Position numbers and translations under genes: made by a program. A stretch of DNA of 64,000 nucleotides from Glaucostegus cemiculus (taxonomy: Eukaryota). Below are positions 62,461 through 64,000 of this stretch, one piece after another (the first letter of the stretch is position 1; every line of letters starts with the position of its first letter). Location of the stretch: positions 8,742,001-8,806,000 of the forward strand of contig CDPCPM010000011.1 in NCBI GenBank assembly GCA_976551045.1, given 5' to 3'. Under the pieces are notes generated by a model that was not told the origin of the DNA, did no database searches, and saw only the letters and a program-made list of their open reading frames with translations.

Positions 62461-64000
62461 GCTGTGATCTGTGACTCTAATGATCACTGTGGTGGTGCTG
62501 ATCCTGATTGAGTACTCCAGCGTGAATCGTGCCCCAAAACTACACTGTGCAACTGTAGCTTGGGAAACAGAACCGTAGCTTCTGTTTCCCTTGTCTCCAA
62601 AGCAGCATGTGTAGCTGCTGTAGAGAGTTCACTTTAAAACCCTATCTGTTCTTGAGTAGCCATGAGTGAATGGGATAGCAGCACAAAGCTAGTGTATAGT
62701 TCACATCTTCATCCACATTAAATTTTCACCTATATGCTCTGGAAAAATATACTGAATACTCAGCACAAATGAACACCACACACATGGACTATTGGTGGAT
62801 TAAGAACATTTACTTTCAAGTTTTCAAAGGACCATACCTCTGTTTCATGCATTACAGAAGCTTCAGCCATTCAGGATTTGAAATCAAACCCAGGGAACAC
62901 ATTATCACAAACTAGGCAAAGACTTACTGTGTCTGGACAACTGAAGTTTAGCTGGCAACCAATATATCACCAATATGTGGCTCCACCCACACGAGTGCTC
63001 AAGTAATCTATTCCCATTGTGTAACACTCTTATAGAAAAGCAAACATGCACAGCACACAGACTTGGATAACTGAAATGCTCGGAAAGGTGAGGCACATTG
63101 GCAAATGTATTACTCCCAGAAGTCTAGACATTAAAGGGAAGTAATTAAGAGGCACCAACCCACAACCAAATTGGTCATAGCTGAATATAATCAAAACAAA
63201 AAAAGGCAACTCTTCTCCTCAGAATCAACTTAGAATTTCAAACATGACCCACATCAATACGACCACTGATTCAAAACTCCTGAAACAAAGCAACTTGACT
63301 TCAGAGCTGAGGAAACAAATGGCCACAATCAAAACCTTCCCGCAGCATCTGGTAGTGGAATACCTCACCAAATTTGATGTCTGATGAGGGAATAGGAAGA
63401 GGTAGTAAAAACAGTAAACTCAAAAAGTTCTTTCTGCATGTACTTTTCTCTCTGATTGCAATCTCTGTCAATTGTTTGCAGTTCTCCAACGTGTTTTTAA
63501 TTACAGTGCTATTGTACATAGCTGATAAAGCATATTACTCCACCACAAAAAGTCTATAAAATGAGGGGGAAAGAAAAGAAACAGAAGCTGGGACTCTGGA
63601 TAGGACCACTCGAACCGGGACCTGAGGGTAAGCTGTAGGATTAGCTCAGTCAGTGTTCACTGGTAGCTGACTGGAGAATGCTCCAAACCTGCTGCCAGGG
63701 CTTGAAAGCCCAAATGTGATGTCATTGAAATGACTGTATTCTGCTTTATCTGACCTCCAATAACCTTTTAGAACTGTGCTGGAATCCTAGACCTGGTTCC
63801 CTCAATGTAAAATGGGCTCTAGTTACTGATGTCACATGAAATAAAAATAATATAGTGAAGGAGGCCATCGTCCCCTCTACTGGCTCTTTGCTCCAGGTGT
63901 CCAACCAGTTCCAAGATCTTGTTTTTCCCCATAGCCCCGCAAGCTTTTCTTTCTCAAGACTCGCTCATGCTCTCCTCATATTTAATTCACAAGGCATAAC

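Noticed and set aside
43650-64000. SEPT9 i1 (MKKSYS / GGTRTSSGRLRR) and i3 (MERDRIS) first exons
   Set aside because: Not found on a by-eye scan. They are probably further upstream, though very short exons could have been missed.

Overview
AT-rich vertebrate DNA, almost certainly from a cartilaginous fish (elasmobranch), judged from HE1/V-SINEs, DeuSINEs, CR1/HER1 LINEs, Rex1/Babar, RTE and hammerhead-bearing Penelope remnants. The window lies in the 5' half of SEPTIN9 on the minus strand. Two coding exons are recognisable: the isoform-2-type first exon (MSDISVNDQLEGIISDFE, 43236-43290) and the large 651-nt shared N-terminal-extension exon (25868-26518). The GTPase-domain exons and the i1/i3 first exons were not found and probably lie outside the window. 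The rest is intron filled with decayed transposons, and almost all listed short ORFs are spurious or TE fragments. I see no clearly new multi-gene system. The best leads are: a possible dual-use uORF or alternative N-terminus at the i2 promoter; a regular 15-aa repeat array in the N-terminal extension; a circRNA-prone symmetric exon between oppositely oriented CR1s; a ~660-bp fold-back palindrome; and a possible retroviral gag relic. Repeat family names and human comparisons are from memory, not database searches, and repeat boundaries are approximate.
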